Assembly (NCBI RefSeq): GCF_009914755.1
Contig: NC_060926.1
Length of the DNA stretch: 64,000 nt
Origin: the human T2T-CHM13v2.0 reference genome, Homo sapiens
Reading direction: 5' to 3' (one strand)
Shown here: positions 1-12,630 of the stretch, piece by piece
Layout of the letters: every line of letters begins with the position of its first letter
Position numbering within the stretch: the first letter of the stretch is position 1
Made by a program: the position numbers and the translations under genes
The notes under the pieces: generated by a model
Database searches by the model: none
Told to the model about the DNA's origin: nothing
What the model saw: only the letters and a program-made list of their open reading frames with translations

Positions 1-673
1 ACAGGTGCTGGAGAGGATGTGGAGAAATAGGAACACTTTTACACTGTTGGTGGGACTGTAAACTAGTTCAACCATTGTGGAAGTCAGTGTGGCGATTCCT
101 CAGGGATCTAGAACTAGAAATACCATTTGACCCAGCCATCCCATTACTGGGTATATACCCAAAGGACTATAAATCATGCTGCTATAAAGACACATGCACC
201 CGTATGTTTATTGCGGCATTATTCACAATAGCAAAGACTTGGAACCAACCCAAATGCCCAACAATGATAGACTGGATTAAGAAAATGTGGCACATATACA
301 CCATGGAATACTATGCAGCCATAAAAAATGATGAGTTCATGTCCTTTGTAGGGACATGGATGAAATTGGAAATCATCATTCTCAGTAAACTATCGCAAGA
401 ACAAAAATCCGAACACCGCATATTCTCACTCATAGGTGGGAATTGAACAATGAGATCACATGGACACAGGAAGGGGAATATCACACTCTGGGGACTGTGG
501 TGGGGTGGGGGGAGGGGGGAGGGATAGCATTGGGAGATATACCTAATGCTAGATGATGAGTTAGTGGGTGCAGCGCACCAACATGGCACATGTATACATA
601 TGTAACTAACCTGCACAATGTGCACATGTACCCTAAAACTTAAAGTATAATAAAAAACAAAACAAAACAAAAC
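1..673 (+). mobile_element. LINE-1 3' end (young primate L1, L1PA2-like): ORF2 C-terminus, 3'UTR and A-rich tail
   Basis: ORF 75-446 is the L1 ORF2 C-terminus (…LEIPFDPAIPLLGIYPKDYK…IFSLIGGN*). G-rich 3'UTR tract at ~500-523, AATAAA at ~649, then an (AAAAC)n tail. It has GAG rather than the Ta-diagnostic ACA (gctagatgatgagttag) and ttaaagtata, so it is not L1HS-Ta. The 5' part lies outside the window. Confidence 0.95.
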
Positions 674-1059
674 AGATAAGTGCAATGTTTAGTGTTTTAA
701 ATGGCCCCAAAAATAATTGGGCAGCGGGTGCCATTGCCAAGAAGCTTGCTTCTCAGCATGTGTGCAGACTTGCCGCATGTAAGCAAGAACAATATAAACT
801 TCAGGCACTTATCTCTGGGGCCCCCAGATGGTCCCCTTAGAGAGTTATCAAGGGAGAGTTAGACTAGTGCACACCACCCAAGTAGGGGTCCAGCTCAGGA
901 TTCATTTGCAGGTTCAGCCTCAGAAGAAATTGCTTCTACTGGGCTGGGCTGATGAAGTAAGCCTTGACTTCAGAAAATAGCAGATGCTGGTATTTGTCAA
1001 GCTGAAAGCCTCATGCAAAATCCAAAGTAGTAAGAAAGGAATCCAAAACATTTCCAAAA

Positions 1060-1252
1060 TTAAAAAATTAGCCAGGCATGGTGGTGTGTGCCTGTAGTCA
1101 CAGCTACTGGGGTGGCTGAGGCAAGAGGATCAATTGAGCCCAGGAGGTCGAGGCTACAGTGAACCTTGATTGCTGTATTCACTGCACTCCAGCCTGGACA
1201 ACAGAGAACCCTGCTTCAAAAAACAAATAAGCAAACAAACAACAACAACAAC
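1060..1252 (+). mobile_element. Alu right-arm fragment (AluJ/FRAM-like) with A/(CAA)n tail
   Basis: aaaaattagccaggcatggtgg…gaggatcaattgagcccaggaggtcgaggctacagtga…cactccagcctgg matches an old Alu right monomer. Confidence 0.85.
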
Positions 1253-2089
1253 AATTTCCAAATCCAAGAAATCAAAGTCAAGCTATGAAGACTGGAGCAT
1301 GAACAGCAGGTAGGGTCAACAGAAGTGGGAATAGCAAAGGTGAAGTGGGAACAAGGACTTTCAGAGTGATTGTCTATGCAGTGTTCTGCAAACATTTTTA
1401 AGTTCAAAAGTAGATGAACTCTTTTTACAAATAAAAGCATATATGAAACCCTAACACCTAGATTTTTAAAATCCATTTTTATTAATAAATTAGGTATATT
1501 TACCAATTATAAAGACAATTGATAAGAATGATTAACTTTATTAACATAAAAATGTGTAATCAAAGATGACAGCCACAGCTTTATGTCACCCTCAGCATCC
1601 CACTTATTTTAGTATTTTGTTTTGATTCTATAGTTTCAAAGGCTTTGTAAAAATCCTGGTCACATAAACAAGGTTTTGTAAATGATAATGGTTCTTTTCA
1701 ACTAATTGCTTTGCAATGAGAATAACTTAGACAGCAATGGTAGGAAAGGCTTTATTTTGAAATCTACAAAAAAATGAACAAATATATTGAAGAACAAATC
1801 AAATTTACACAACCACTAAAAGAGAGATCCCTTTGGTTTAAAAATCCCCAACTAAGAACATCTGATATTTGCCACTTGAGTCACAGACTGGCATAGGCTG
1901 GAAGCACTGGCCAGTTGGCCTGTCGTAAGTTTCTTTCTATACAGAGAAGACAACAGCCAAAGAGGCCCCTGGTGGGGAACTGGTGAACAACCCAACAGTT
2001 AAGAAGAAAGAAAATCCCCAACCCATACCATCAAGTAGCTTAAGAGTAATAGAAAGAAGCAAAACAATTTAGAGTCTGATGAGCTCAAG

Positions 2090-2225
2090 ACAAAACCTCA
2101 GATGTGTCATTTACTAGCTGTGTGACCTTGGGCAAGTTATTTAATATGTCTGAGCCTTAGCGTTCTCATCTCTAAAATAAAGATGCTAATTTTCTTTCAC
2201 TAGATTGTTTCATATATTAAATGGG
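2090..2225. mobile_element. MIR fragment
   Basis: ttactagctgtgtgaccttgggcaagttatttaa…tctgagccttagcgttctcatctctaaaat is the MIR core. Confidence 0.75.
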
Positions 2226-2776
2226 ATGCAGTGTGGGTAGGCCTGACCATTTAGGCATTCTGCAAGTAGGACCACGGATGGAACAGCACTGACCAGAGGG
2301 AGGGGGACACAGAAGCCCAGTGATTATCTCTGGGGAGGCTGATCCAGATTTGGAAGCGTCTCCAAGAATAGGTCTTCATCACATGGGGAGGTAGAGGGAG
2401 GAAACAGCAGGATTTACTTGTTTTTACCTGCCTCCGTGGGGATTGATACAGGGGACAAAATAGAGTTCAAATAAAGAATCAGAGGAGGTGGAGGTGAAGG
2501 TCACAAAGACCAGGAAGAGCTATCAACACACCCTGGAAGCCCGAGGAGGACCTTTGTACCCTAGTGATCACTCTGGGGATTCCTCTGAGTGCAGATTGCT
2601 GCAGAAATACCCTACAGTACCTTCCTCCCAAAAGTACGCATTGAGGTCTTCCAGAGAAGGGGAGACGGTAGTACCCATGCCACACTCTACAGCAGACCCA
2701 GCAGAAAGGAGTGCACACCAAGGTGCTGCTGCTTGGCGGTGTCAACCCCAACCCTGTGCCTTGACACACACATTAC

Positions 2777-2876
2777 CTTCCAGGGCGTTCCAAGATGGCC
2801 GAATAGGAACAGCTCCAGTCTGCAGCTCCCAGCCTGCTCAACACAGAAGATGGGTGATTTCTGCATTTCCAACTGA
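2777..2876 (+). mobile_element. Isolated L1 5'UTR start (first ~97 nt, L1PA6/7-like) between 15-bp direct repeats
   Basis: gggcgttccaagatggccgaataggaacagctccagtctgcagctcccagc…tgatttctgcatttccaactga is the L1PA 5' terminus including the YY1 site. It is flanked by TGACACACACATTAC at 2762-2776 and 2874-2888. Confidence 0.9.
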
Positions 2877-4849
2877 CACACACATTACACTGTAAGAGCA
2901 CCACTTCACTAATGGAAGTTCTGGACACCTCTTCCCTGTTCTAGATCAAAGTCCTGTGTTCTCTTATCACTTCCAAAATCAAAATAGCTGACTGACCCCA
3001 TTCACTTGTCTGAGTCCTAGAGAACTTACCTCCTAAATCCAACCCCACTGGGATCTCTTCTTTGACCAGGATCATAATCTTTCATCTGCTCTAGGCTACT
3101 TACCACCATCCTAGCTAGCTGACTCAGCGTCCACCCCAACACTGCTACCAGGTCTGTCTCATCCCTTGTAAGAGATGAGCCAGGATGAGATGCAAGAGTA
3201 GATTCTTCGGGGAGAGAAAGAAAGTGAAGCAGCAAACATCTCAGCTTTTCCCACAGTGTGGAGGGAGAAAATGCCTTTCCACTTTGTCTAATATCTTCTC
3301 CCAGGCAGTTGTTGAATCCTAGAGGTTCGCTTTGCTCCCCATGGCCAATCTGTGACTCCCAGCTTAAAGCATCGTGAGTTAACACAAGTTGCTTCTTGCT
3401 GGGATAATATATCAAAGGAGGGAGAGAGTACACGCTCCCTCCTAATGGATCTCTTAACAAGCTTACGTAAAGATCACCAATTCACAGAGATCATTGTCCT
3501 AGTGACATAGAGTTATAATTGATTACTGTGACTTTGATGCTTAGAGAGTGATTCATTAGAGTCTCATTATCTCTGTCATTTTTAATGAGAAGAGTTGGGT
3601 GGTACGTAAACACAGTTATGACAGGCAAAGAGAGAGCAAACAGACCAGAGAAAAAGAGAATTACAGAGGTTCCTGCAAGGTGAAGCCTTTCTTTACCAGA
3701 GGGATAAGAAAATTGTGTGAGATGCTCTTTCAGAAATTGCTCTGATGTAGGGCTATAGCCAGACATTAGCAGTGCAAGGCCATGCCACCTTTCCAGGCAT
3801 ATCTGGGTATAAAGCACAAAGCTCCACAATAATCACAATTAAATAAGTGACTGGTGAATTATGGCTGCACTATTTCTGAGGTGTAGTTGATTTGCCTATA
3901 GGAATTGCACAGTGGAATCTATGGCCATGCTAACCTTTACTGAGAAGGCACTCCAGGTCAATAACTAGTGCACTACAATCATTCTCACTTCACAAGTAGA
4001 TCATTGTTTTATGCCTGTATCATGAACCCTAAGGAACTTGACAAAACCGTTTCATTATGATCTCCAGGAGAAGGTCACTTCTCATTCATCTTGAATCCAT
4101 CCTGTTATCTAGCAGAATGCCTGGTACAATGGGTACTCTAGATTGTATAATGAAGTACTAGAGTTGGGTTGTATAATGGTACTACCCATCTCACCAAAAC
4201 ACTGTCACTTTTCTTCTGAACATTCAAATTAGCAATTTAAGTCTCTATCTTATGTAAATGATCGGTATATCCAGTTTTTCTTTCTAGGGACTTTCTTTGC
4301 CTAGAATTGTTCACAAGGTCAATGTTTAATCAAACTTAAAAAGCTACTCCTATTTTCAAACTGCAAGTAAAGGAAAACCTAGAGAGGCTACTTTTCCAGT
4401 GATGGACATCAGGTTGCCTCCAACCTTTTTTACCAAAAAAAAAAAAAAATGCTGCAATGCTCATCCTTGTATATATGGCCTATGGAACTGTGAGAGCATT
4501 TTTATGCTGGATCATAGAGTATGTATATACTTAATTTGACCAAGTACTGCCAGATGGCTCTTCAGAATGTCTGCATCAGGGTACCCTTACCCAGCAAAGT
4601 ATGAGGGTTATTTTATATGCCTGCACCTCCCCTCAGCACTTGGCATTATCAAATCTTATAATTTTAGCTAGAATAATATATTTCATTATTATTGTTTAGC
4701 TTGCAGTTAAATTGCATCTCTTCATTTACTTGCTGGCCTTTTTTATTTTTTAGCATAGCAGATAGTAAATTTTGAGTTTTTAATTATTGTCATTTTTATT
4801 ATTTTTTCCTTTCAACTTTGTATAAATTATAAAATGTTTAAATTTTTTA

Positions 4850-6345
4850 TTTAAATAGCTTTCAGGGTACAAATAGTTTTTGGTTATGTGGGTGAACTGT
4901 ATAGTGGTAAAGTTTGAAATTTTAGTGCACTTATCACCCACGTAGTGTACATTGCATCCAGCATGTAGTTTTTTTAACCCTCATGCCCCTCTCACCCTCC
5001 TCCCTCTGACTCTCCAATGTCCATTATATCACCCTGTGTGCCTTTTGTGTACCCATCGTTTATCTCCCACTTGTAAATGAGAACATACAATAGTTGGTTT
5101 TTTATTCCTGACTTACTTCACTTGGAATAATGGCCTCTAGTTCCATCAAGTAGCTGCAAAACACATTATTTTGTTCTTTTGTATGGCCAAGTAGTATCCC
5201 ACCATATATATATAAAACATTTTCTTTATTGGCTCACCGGTTGATGAGCACTTAGGTTGGTTCCATATCTTTGCAATTGTGAATTATGCTATGATAAACA
5301 TATGCATGCTCATGTCTTTTTGATATCATGACTTCTCTTCCTTTGAATAGATGCTCAGTAGTGGGATTGCTGAATTGAACGGCAGATCTACTTTTAGTTC
5401 TTTGAGATTGTACTAATTTACGTTCCCATCAGCAGTGTGTAAGCATCCCCTTTTCACCACATCCACACAAATATCTATTGTTTTCTGACTTTTTAATAAT
5501 GGCCATTCTGGTTTGGGTAAACTGGTATCTCCCTATGGTTTTAATTTACTTTCCCTGATGATTAGTGATGTTGAACATTTTTATATGTTTATTAGCCATA
5601 TGTATGTTTTCTTTGGAGAAATACCTATTCACATTATTTGCCTACTTTTTTGTCTTGCTCTGTCGCCCAGGCTGGAGTACAGTGGGTGTGATCTTGGCTC
5701 ACTGCAAAGTTCACTTCCCGGGTTCAAGTGATTCTCCTGCCTCAGCCCCCTGAGTAGCTGGGATTACAGGTGCCTACCACCACACTGGGCTAATTTTTGT
5801 AATTTTAGTAAAGATTGGGGTTCACCATGTTTCCCAGGCTAGTCTCGAATCCCTGGCTTCAAGTGATTCACCCGCGTCAGCCTCTGAAAATGCTGGGATT
5901 ACAGGCCCGAGCCAGCCATGCTGTGCAGAAGCTTTTTAGTTTAACTAGATCCAATTTATCTTCATTTTTGTTGCCTTTGCTTTTGGGATCTTAGTCATAA
6001 ATTCTTTGCCTAAACCAACGTTCAGAATAGTTTCTTCTAGGTTTTCTCCTAGAATTTTTATGGTTTCAGGTCTTAGATTTAAGTCTTTAATCAATTCTGA
6101 GTTGATTTCTGTATATATTGAGAGATAGGGATCCAGTTTCATTCTTCTACATGTGGCTATCTGGTTTTCCCAGGACCATTTATTGACTGAGGTGTCCTTT
6201 TCCCAATTTATGTTTTTGTATGCTTTGTGGAATATCAATCAGTTGTTAAGTATTTGGCTTTACTTCTGGGCCCTCTATTCTGTTCCATTAGTCTATTTAT
6301 CTACTTCTATTATCAGTACCATGCTGTTTTGGTGACTATTTGCTG
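4850..6345 (-). mobile_element. LINE-1 3' portion (L1PB/L1MA-like), interrupted by an Alu; older L1M-like sequence continues to ~7500
   Basis: ORF 5945-6238 translates to decayed ORF2 (…[22 protein letters not shown]…[15 protein letters not shown]…). Reverse-complement L1PB-type 3'UTR at 4850-5100. Confidence 0.85.
5645..5920 (-). mobile_element. Alu (S/J-type), short-tailed, inserted in L1
   Basis: gtcttgctctgtcgcccaggctggagtacagtgg…ctcagcc…gctgggattacagg: a dimeric Alu in reverse. Confidence 0.92.
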
Positions 6346-9300
6346 ACCTTTTGGATCTTTTCTTGAGTAAATTGGTTGTACATATCCTTGGCTCATTATT
6401 CTACTGGGGTTCCTCTCTTTCACATATTAATTTACAAGAGTTGTTTTTATGTCCTAGATATTAATATCTTGTAATAACATTACAAGAATATTATCCCAAT
6501 TTTTACACTGTTGTTAGCTTTACTTATGATTTTCTTAAATTTGATGTAGTCAAATTTATCAATTCTTTTTTATTTCATACATTGTATTTTAAAGGTTTTA
6601 TTGAAGAAGTGATTTTTCTTTCCAGACATCAAAAATATTCTCCTGTATTTTCTTTCATTAACGTTATAGCATTTCCTTCAATATCTAAGACTTTAATCCA
6701 CCTAAAGTTTACCTTTGTATGTTGTCAAAAAAATTTATATTATGAGGCAGTTTTTCCAAATCTAACTACTAAGCTACTTATCTCTCCTATCCCATTGACT
6801 TGTTATGCCAGTTTTCTTTAATATTAGTTTCCCAGATGTGGGTACAAATATACATAGATATGAATATAGATATTTAGACATGGAAATACAGATGTAGATA
6901 TATGTGTCCGGGTTCTCTATTCTGTTCTACTGGATTATTAGTCTCTTTATATAAATATCACACGTTGTAATATATCTTAGTATCAGGCCAAAAAAAATCT
7001 CTTTTCTCTATTTTTTAAGATTGACCTAGCTATTCAAGGACCTTAATTCTTCTATGTAAGTTTTAGAATGTTTGTATCAAGGTCTTCAAAATACCCCACT
7101 AGAATTTTAAATGGAATTATATTGAATTTATAAGTTAATTTGGGGAGACAGCTTGATAATATTAAGTCATTCCATACAAAAACTGGGAATGTATATCCAT
7201 TTAAATAAATCATCTTGTACATACTCAAGTAGAATTTAACATTTTTATATAAATCTGTGTATGCCTTATTAAGGTAACTCCTAGATACTTTATAGTTTTT
7301 ATTGATATTACGAAAGTTATTGTCAAAAAAAGTTATTGTCTTTGTTGTTTAAGTTTTTTAGTTGATAGTTTATTATAGCTGGTGAAAATAATGTTAAATA
7401 TATTTAAGTTGATCTGGGATCTGGCAAATTTACTGAATTTTCTCATTACTTCTAATAGTTTATCTGGGGTTTTTTCCCCTATGGAAGCTTCTTTTAGTTT
7501 TCTTTTATCAGTTCCCTCACTGAGCCAACTGATATAATAAAAACACTCCAAAGAAAATATTTTAAAAGAAAAATTATAAATTATAAAAGAAAAATATTTT
7601 TTTGGAATTTTTTCTATTTGGAGATTATAGATTCAACAGGCTGAGTAACTTTTTTAAAAATAACTACATGGTGAATAATGGGAACCAAGAAGAAAGATCT
7701 AACTATGTATGTTTTAATGTAGAACATGTTCTGCATGGAAGCTACAATTGGAAGTAGATACTCCTCTTGGATCTCGTAGATTTGTGAATATTGTATAAAT
7801 TTGCTTTGTTTCACAGTTATATAGATGTTGTACATAGATAAAATTGAGACATAAAAGTTATACTACGGTTTATAAAAACAGGTTTTCATCAGCTTGTGTT
7901 CAGCAAATATCTTGTGAAAAGAAGTAGAAGACCATTTGTTATGTGGCAACACTGACAGTTGCAGTGCAAGGATGGTCACTCAGTCTGAGTCACCAGGACT
8001 GGAACACTGACCATGGCACGCATCCTCCCAAGAAATGTCTGCTGCTACACTGTTTCCTCTTGCCAGCTCTACTGTTCTGCATCCTTCACCCTCTGTCCTC
8101 TTTACGCTTTTGGCTACAGTAGGCACAGGTTAAAGTCCTCCAACTGGAAACATTTGTGAAAACTGTTCCAAGTTCCTTGAACTTTTGTCAGTTTTGTGGT
8201 ATGCATTTCAAACAGTGGCAGATGTTTCCCCTGTGCTATTCACAGCCTCCCTCCAGTTTCAAAGCAGGAAGAGCCCTGAAGCAAATGAGGGCTATCTCTT
8301 GCTAAAAGCAGGAATATCATACCCAAAAAGAAAATTCAGCTTGAAAGGAGTAAGTCACAAGTTTCAAGATCCTTTGGTGGATTTTTAAATGATGGTAGTA
8401 ACCCTGATCACACAAAGGTCAGTTAGAATACCCATATTCTTTCATACCACCCAAGCCTTTCCCGAGTTCTTTTCTTACAGCCTATCAAAGAGCAACTGGA
8501 AGGCCTCTGTGGCTCCCCCCACCAGCAAACATGAGATTCCATTCCCATCTTGGACAAGGAGCTAAGAATCACCCCATGCTCAAGTAAGTAGTGGGGTCTG
8601 CCATCATGAAAACTGGCTCCCCAAGGAATGTGCTGGGGCAGGAAGGAAGGAGGGACTGACACTGGGACATGAATCTCACTCAGCTCTTTTAAGACAGGCA
8701 CATGCTGCCACCTGGTTCCCATTACAGCTTCACTATAGTAAGATTTGGCCACTGAGGCACCCAGGTGGAAGAATGAGACTCAGGCCCTCAGTGCTTAGAG
8801 CCGGAGAATGTTCCCAGCATATCACAATTACAGAAACATCTGTGCCCAACAGCTTTCCGTTGAACTGCTGTGAAAATTTACAGTGTTCGATTGCTTTCAG
8901 AATTTCTCACTTCTCAGCCTAAGGCAGGGTGGTCCCAAGGCTGCCAGTGAATTGCAGCAGGAAGTGAGAGAGATCACAATTTCCAGGGTTTGGATGAAAT
9001 GTGGCACAAGGGTGTGAGGGGTGAGCCTGGAGCCCCAAGTGCTACAGGCTTCCATCAGCTGGTTATCTTTTCCTTCCTTTTTCATTCAATCAACATATAC
9101 TTCCTGAGCATGACGTGAACTGACTTCACCATGGATAAAAATCTGAGTAAGCGTTGGTCCTCAAAAAGCCAAGAATTTAGAGAGAAGTAACCACTGGTTA
9201 AAATTGATTTGTATTATATACTACATTTTTTATTTTGAAACCACAAGACAATAAAAGTTTTCATGTATTATACTAAATATGTAAATAAACTCTATCCATT

Positions 9301-10141
9301 TAGAAGTACCATCTAGAACAGCACTAATCAAATTAAGGCCTCAAACTAGCTACATGAGCATCACCTGGTATCTTGTTAGAAATGTAAATTCTCTGACACC
9401 CCCCACCTCACCTACTAGTTGGGATTAATACTAGGAATCTGTATATTAAAAAGCTCTACAGGTGATGCTCACTAAAGCTTCAGCAGCATTGACCTAGAAT
9501 ATAAACAACAACAACAACAACAACAAAATCCTAAGCAAATAGGATACCCAAAACAACCCAACTTGATTTTTCCAGGGGAACCAGGAGAAAAAACCAAGAA
9601 GGATGAACTAGCCATTGTAGCACAAGAGAGGGTCACAAGCATTTGGAGGTGGGAGTAGATTAATAATTCTAGGAGCAGTAGTAAGAGCCAGCAGAGGGAG
9701 GAATTAATAAAGTCTTGAAAAATCATGGAGTATATATGAGGATATTTTGTTATTTAGACCTTGTTAATGTATGATGTAATGCAAAGACCGCCCAACAATT
9801 TAAGAATAAACTATGCTTATACTTTTAGATAATGACTGTGTATAGTTGTAAACACTGGCCAATGAAGGCCTCTGTCATTGTTTACATAACATCCCCACAA
9901 CCATCACTACCACCTTACTATCCTATGAATCAAGGGTTTTCACTTTTTCCATCTTTTAGATGTTTTAACTCTTGGTTAGAATGATATTATATTTTACCTA
10001 GAGGCAAAATGTGTAGCAGAGAGACGAGCCAGCCGCTCTGCTTGAGGAGGACACCGGGAGGCCAAACCTATTTCCAGCTTTGAGAGAATTCAACAGAACT
10101 TCCAGAAACTTTGTATCGTGAAGTTAAAGAAACCCGTGTGG

Positions 10142-10440
10142 GCCAGGCGCGGTGGCTCACACCTGTAATCCCAGCACTTTGGGAGGCCAAGGGGGGGTGG
10201 ATCACAAGGTCAGGAGATCGAGACCATCCCACCTAACGCGGTGAAACCCCGTCTCTACTAAAAATACAAAATGTTAGCCGGACGTGGTGGCGGGCGCCTG
10301 TAGTCCCAGCTACTTGGGAGGCTGAGGCAGAAGAACGGCACGAACCCGGGAGGCAGAGCTTGAGTGAGCCAAGATCGTGTCACTGCCCTCCAGGCTAGGT
10401 GACAGAGTGAGACTCCGCCTCAAAAAAAAAAAAAGAAAGA
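10142..10440 (+). mobile_element. AluY-type element with TSD
   Basis: Full dimer with AluY-type motifs (gagatcgagaccatcc, gaacccgggaggcagagcttg) and poly(A). TSD aaagaaacccgtgtg (10126-10140) / aaagaaacctgtgtg (10440-10454) differs by one CpG>TpG change. Confidence 0.93.
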
Positions 10441-12266
10441 AAGAAACCTGTGTGTGCTCCTCAAACATTCTGGTTCACTGGCTTCAAAGAATCCATACAT
10501 ACCCTCTGCCTAACCCAGCTCCATCCTGGTCAGCCCTGTGGGAATATAATAGGGGCTACCAGTTCCAAAGTCATTTTAACCATCTCTCATAACCTCCCTT
10601 TGGAAGCCAAGTGCCCTCACAGTTGTCACTTTCAGTGTATTCTCATGCCTTCTTTGGCAGAGACAGTTTTGGTAACCCAGTCTTCTGAAGATTGGGTCCA
10701 ACTTTCTGACCTGATCCCCAGCTTTGTTCTGAGGTCCATGGAGGGCAAGACACCCCATACCATGGGTCTCTCTGATGTAGGATGGAAACTCCATAAAGAC
10801 AAAGTGCTTTCAAGAGATTTTGACAACCACCATCACCTACCAATCAGGCATTATTCATTGCCAGTGATGTAAAAGTTCTCATCACAGCCACTTGGCAATG
10901 TTATAGTAAGTTGAGCCTTGGATGACATCAGAGCATTACTGCAGGCTTAATAAGTGGCCAGACCTTGAACCTTCTGATTTCCCATTGTACCACATTTTTC
11001 CTCTTTGGTTCAGAGATTTCTGATCTAGTAAAAGATAAGGTGCTAAAGTAGGAGCAAGCACTGGCAGTTGTGCAACTAATTTTAGTTACTCCTATGTTAA
11101 GTCCTAATCTAAGTCAAAAGGTAATATTGGATTTGATCATGCTTGCCAGGGTTCTTTTGTGGAGGTTAAATTTGTTTTTTTGTTGGTTGACTGGAGCCTC
11201 AGTTTGGAGAATTTTTGTTTGATTTTGTTATTGCTTTTGAAACCTAAAGGGAATTTTGAGTTAGAAATGGAGAAGTGAAAAGATACCTAATAAATTATCC
11301 TAAAAATAAGTTGTGATCATGTATTTGACTTGCAGAAACAGGAAAGATTTATCTCCTAAACTTTGCATTTTTTCTTAATTCTAATATCAGGGAGGAATAG
11401 TAGATAAAGGGAGAAGAAGGATACCCCCACATATCTTTAACTAAAATATCTGGATTCTGCCCAATCATAAATGTGTGCCCAGCTTATATATATTTGAGGG
11501 AATATAGAAGAGGAAACAAGAGATCTTATTTTTAATTGTCAATGTGAATTTTTAAATAACCAACTAGGGTCAGAACACTCTTCTCGAAAAAGAAAAAAAA
11601 AAGGAAATGAGCCCCCTGTGCCTACGAGCAAAATAAAGTGCACGTTTAAAAGAAAAGAAAAGAAAACTCTCTTAGGCTATTCTAAGACCTTTTCTACACT
11701 GTCCTTGTACATTGGCCTAACAGCCAGAGCCTTGAGCTGGCTTCAATCCCTACTTCAATCCCTACGATAGACCAGCATGTTTCAAAAGAAGAATACAATT
11801 TATAAAAGCATAGAGTTGGCTGCATTGAAGTATCTGGTTTTGAATCACAGAGCATGGAGCTCTAAAATTACTAGAGAGCTTCCAGAACAGTTCCCCAATT
11901 TAAAAAAATGGGAAAAATGAGACTCTAAAAGAAGTGGGCAAAAAAAATTATAACAAAATAAAAGGGACTTTACCTAAGAGAAAACATAAACATTATAAAT
12001 ATATGTAAAGTTCTTCAATTTCACTGTAAATTAGTTGTTAGTTAAAACAATAAGATGTATTTACACCCACCACATTGGCAAAAACATTTAAAGTCTGACA
12101 ACACAACGTGTTGAAGAAATAAAGAAATTAAAACTCTCTAGTTTTCAATCAGAAAATAAATGGGTTACAACAAATTTAGAAAATAGTGGGCATAAGTTGA
12201 ACATACATAGCTCTGACCATCCCATTCCTAGGTCTAAACCCTAGGGAAACTTATGCAGATGTGTCC

Positions 12267-12630
12267 TGTCTTAGTCTATTCAGGCTGCTATGACAAAATC
12301 CCATAGACTAAGCAGCTTATAAACAGTAGAAATGTATTTCTCACAGTTCTGGAGGCTAGGAAGACCAAGATCGGGGTGACAGCATGGTCGGGTTCTGATG
12401 AGGGCCTTCTTCCTGCTTGCAGTCTGCTGACTTCTCACTGTGTCCTCACATTGTGGAAGGAACTAGCTAACTCTCCAGGCTCTCTTTTATAACGGCACTA
12501 ATCCCATCTATGAGGGTTCCACCCTCATGACCTAATCACCTCCCAAAAGCCCCACCTTCTAATACCATCACCATAGAAGTTAGGATTTCAATATATAAAT
12601 TTTGTGGGGACACAAACATCCACCACAGCA
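12267..12630 (-). mobile_element. MaLR solo LTR (MLT1A/MST-like)
   Basis: tgtcttagtc…ggctgctat…tttctcacagttctggaggctaggaag…ccaagatc…cctcatgacctaatcacctccc…ggggacacaaacat…agca. Confidence 0.85.

Noticed and set aside
1-673. Active L1HS-Ta element
   Set aside because: Lacks the Ta-diagnostic ACA and G positions in the 3'UTR; only the 3' end is visible.
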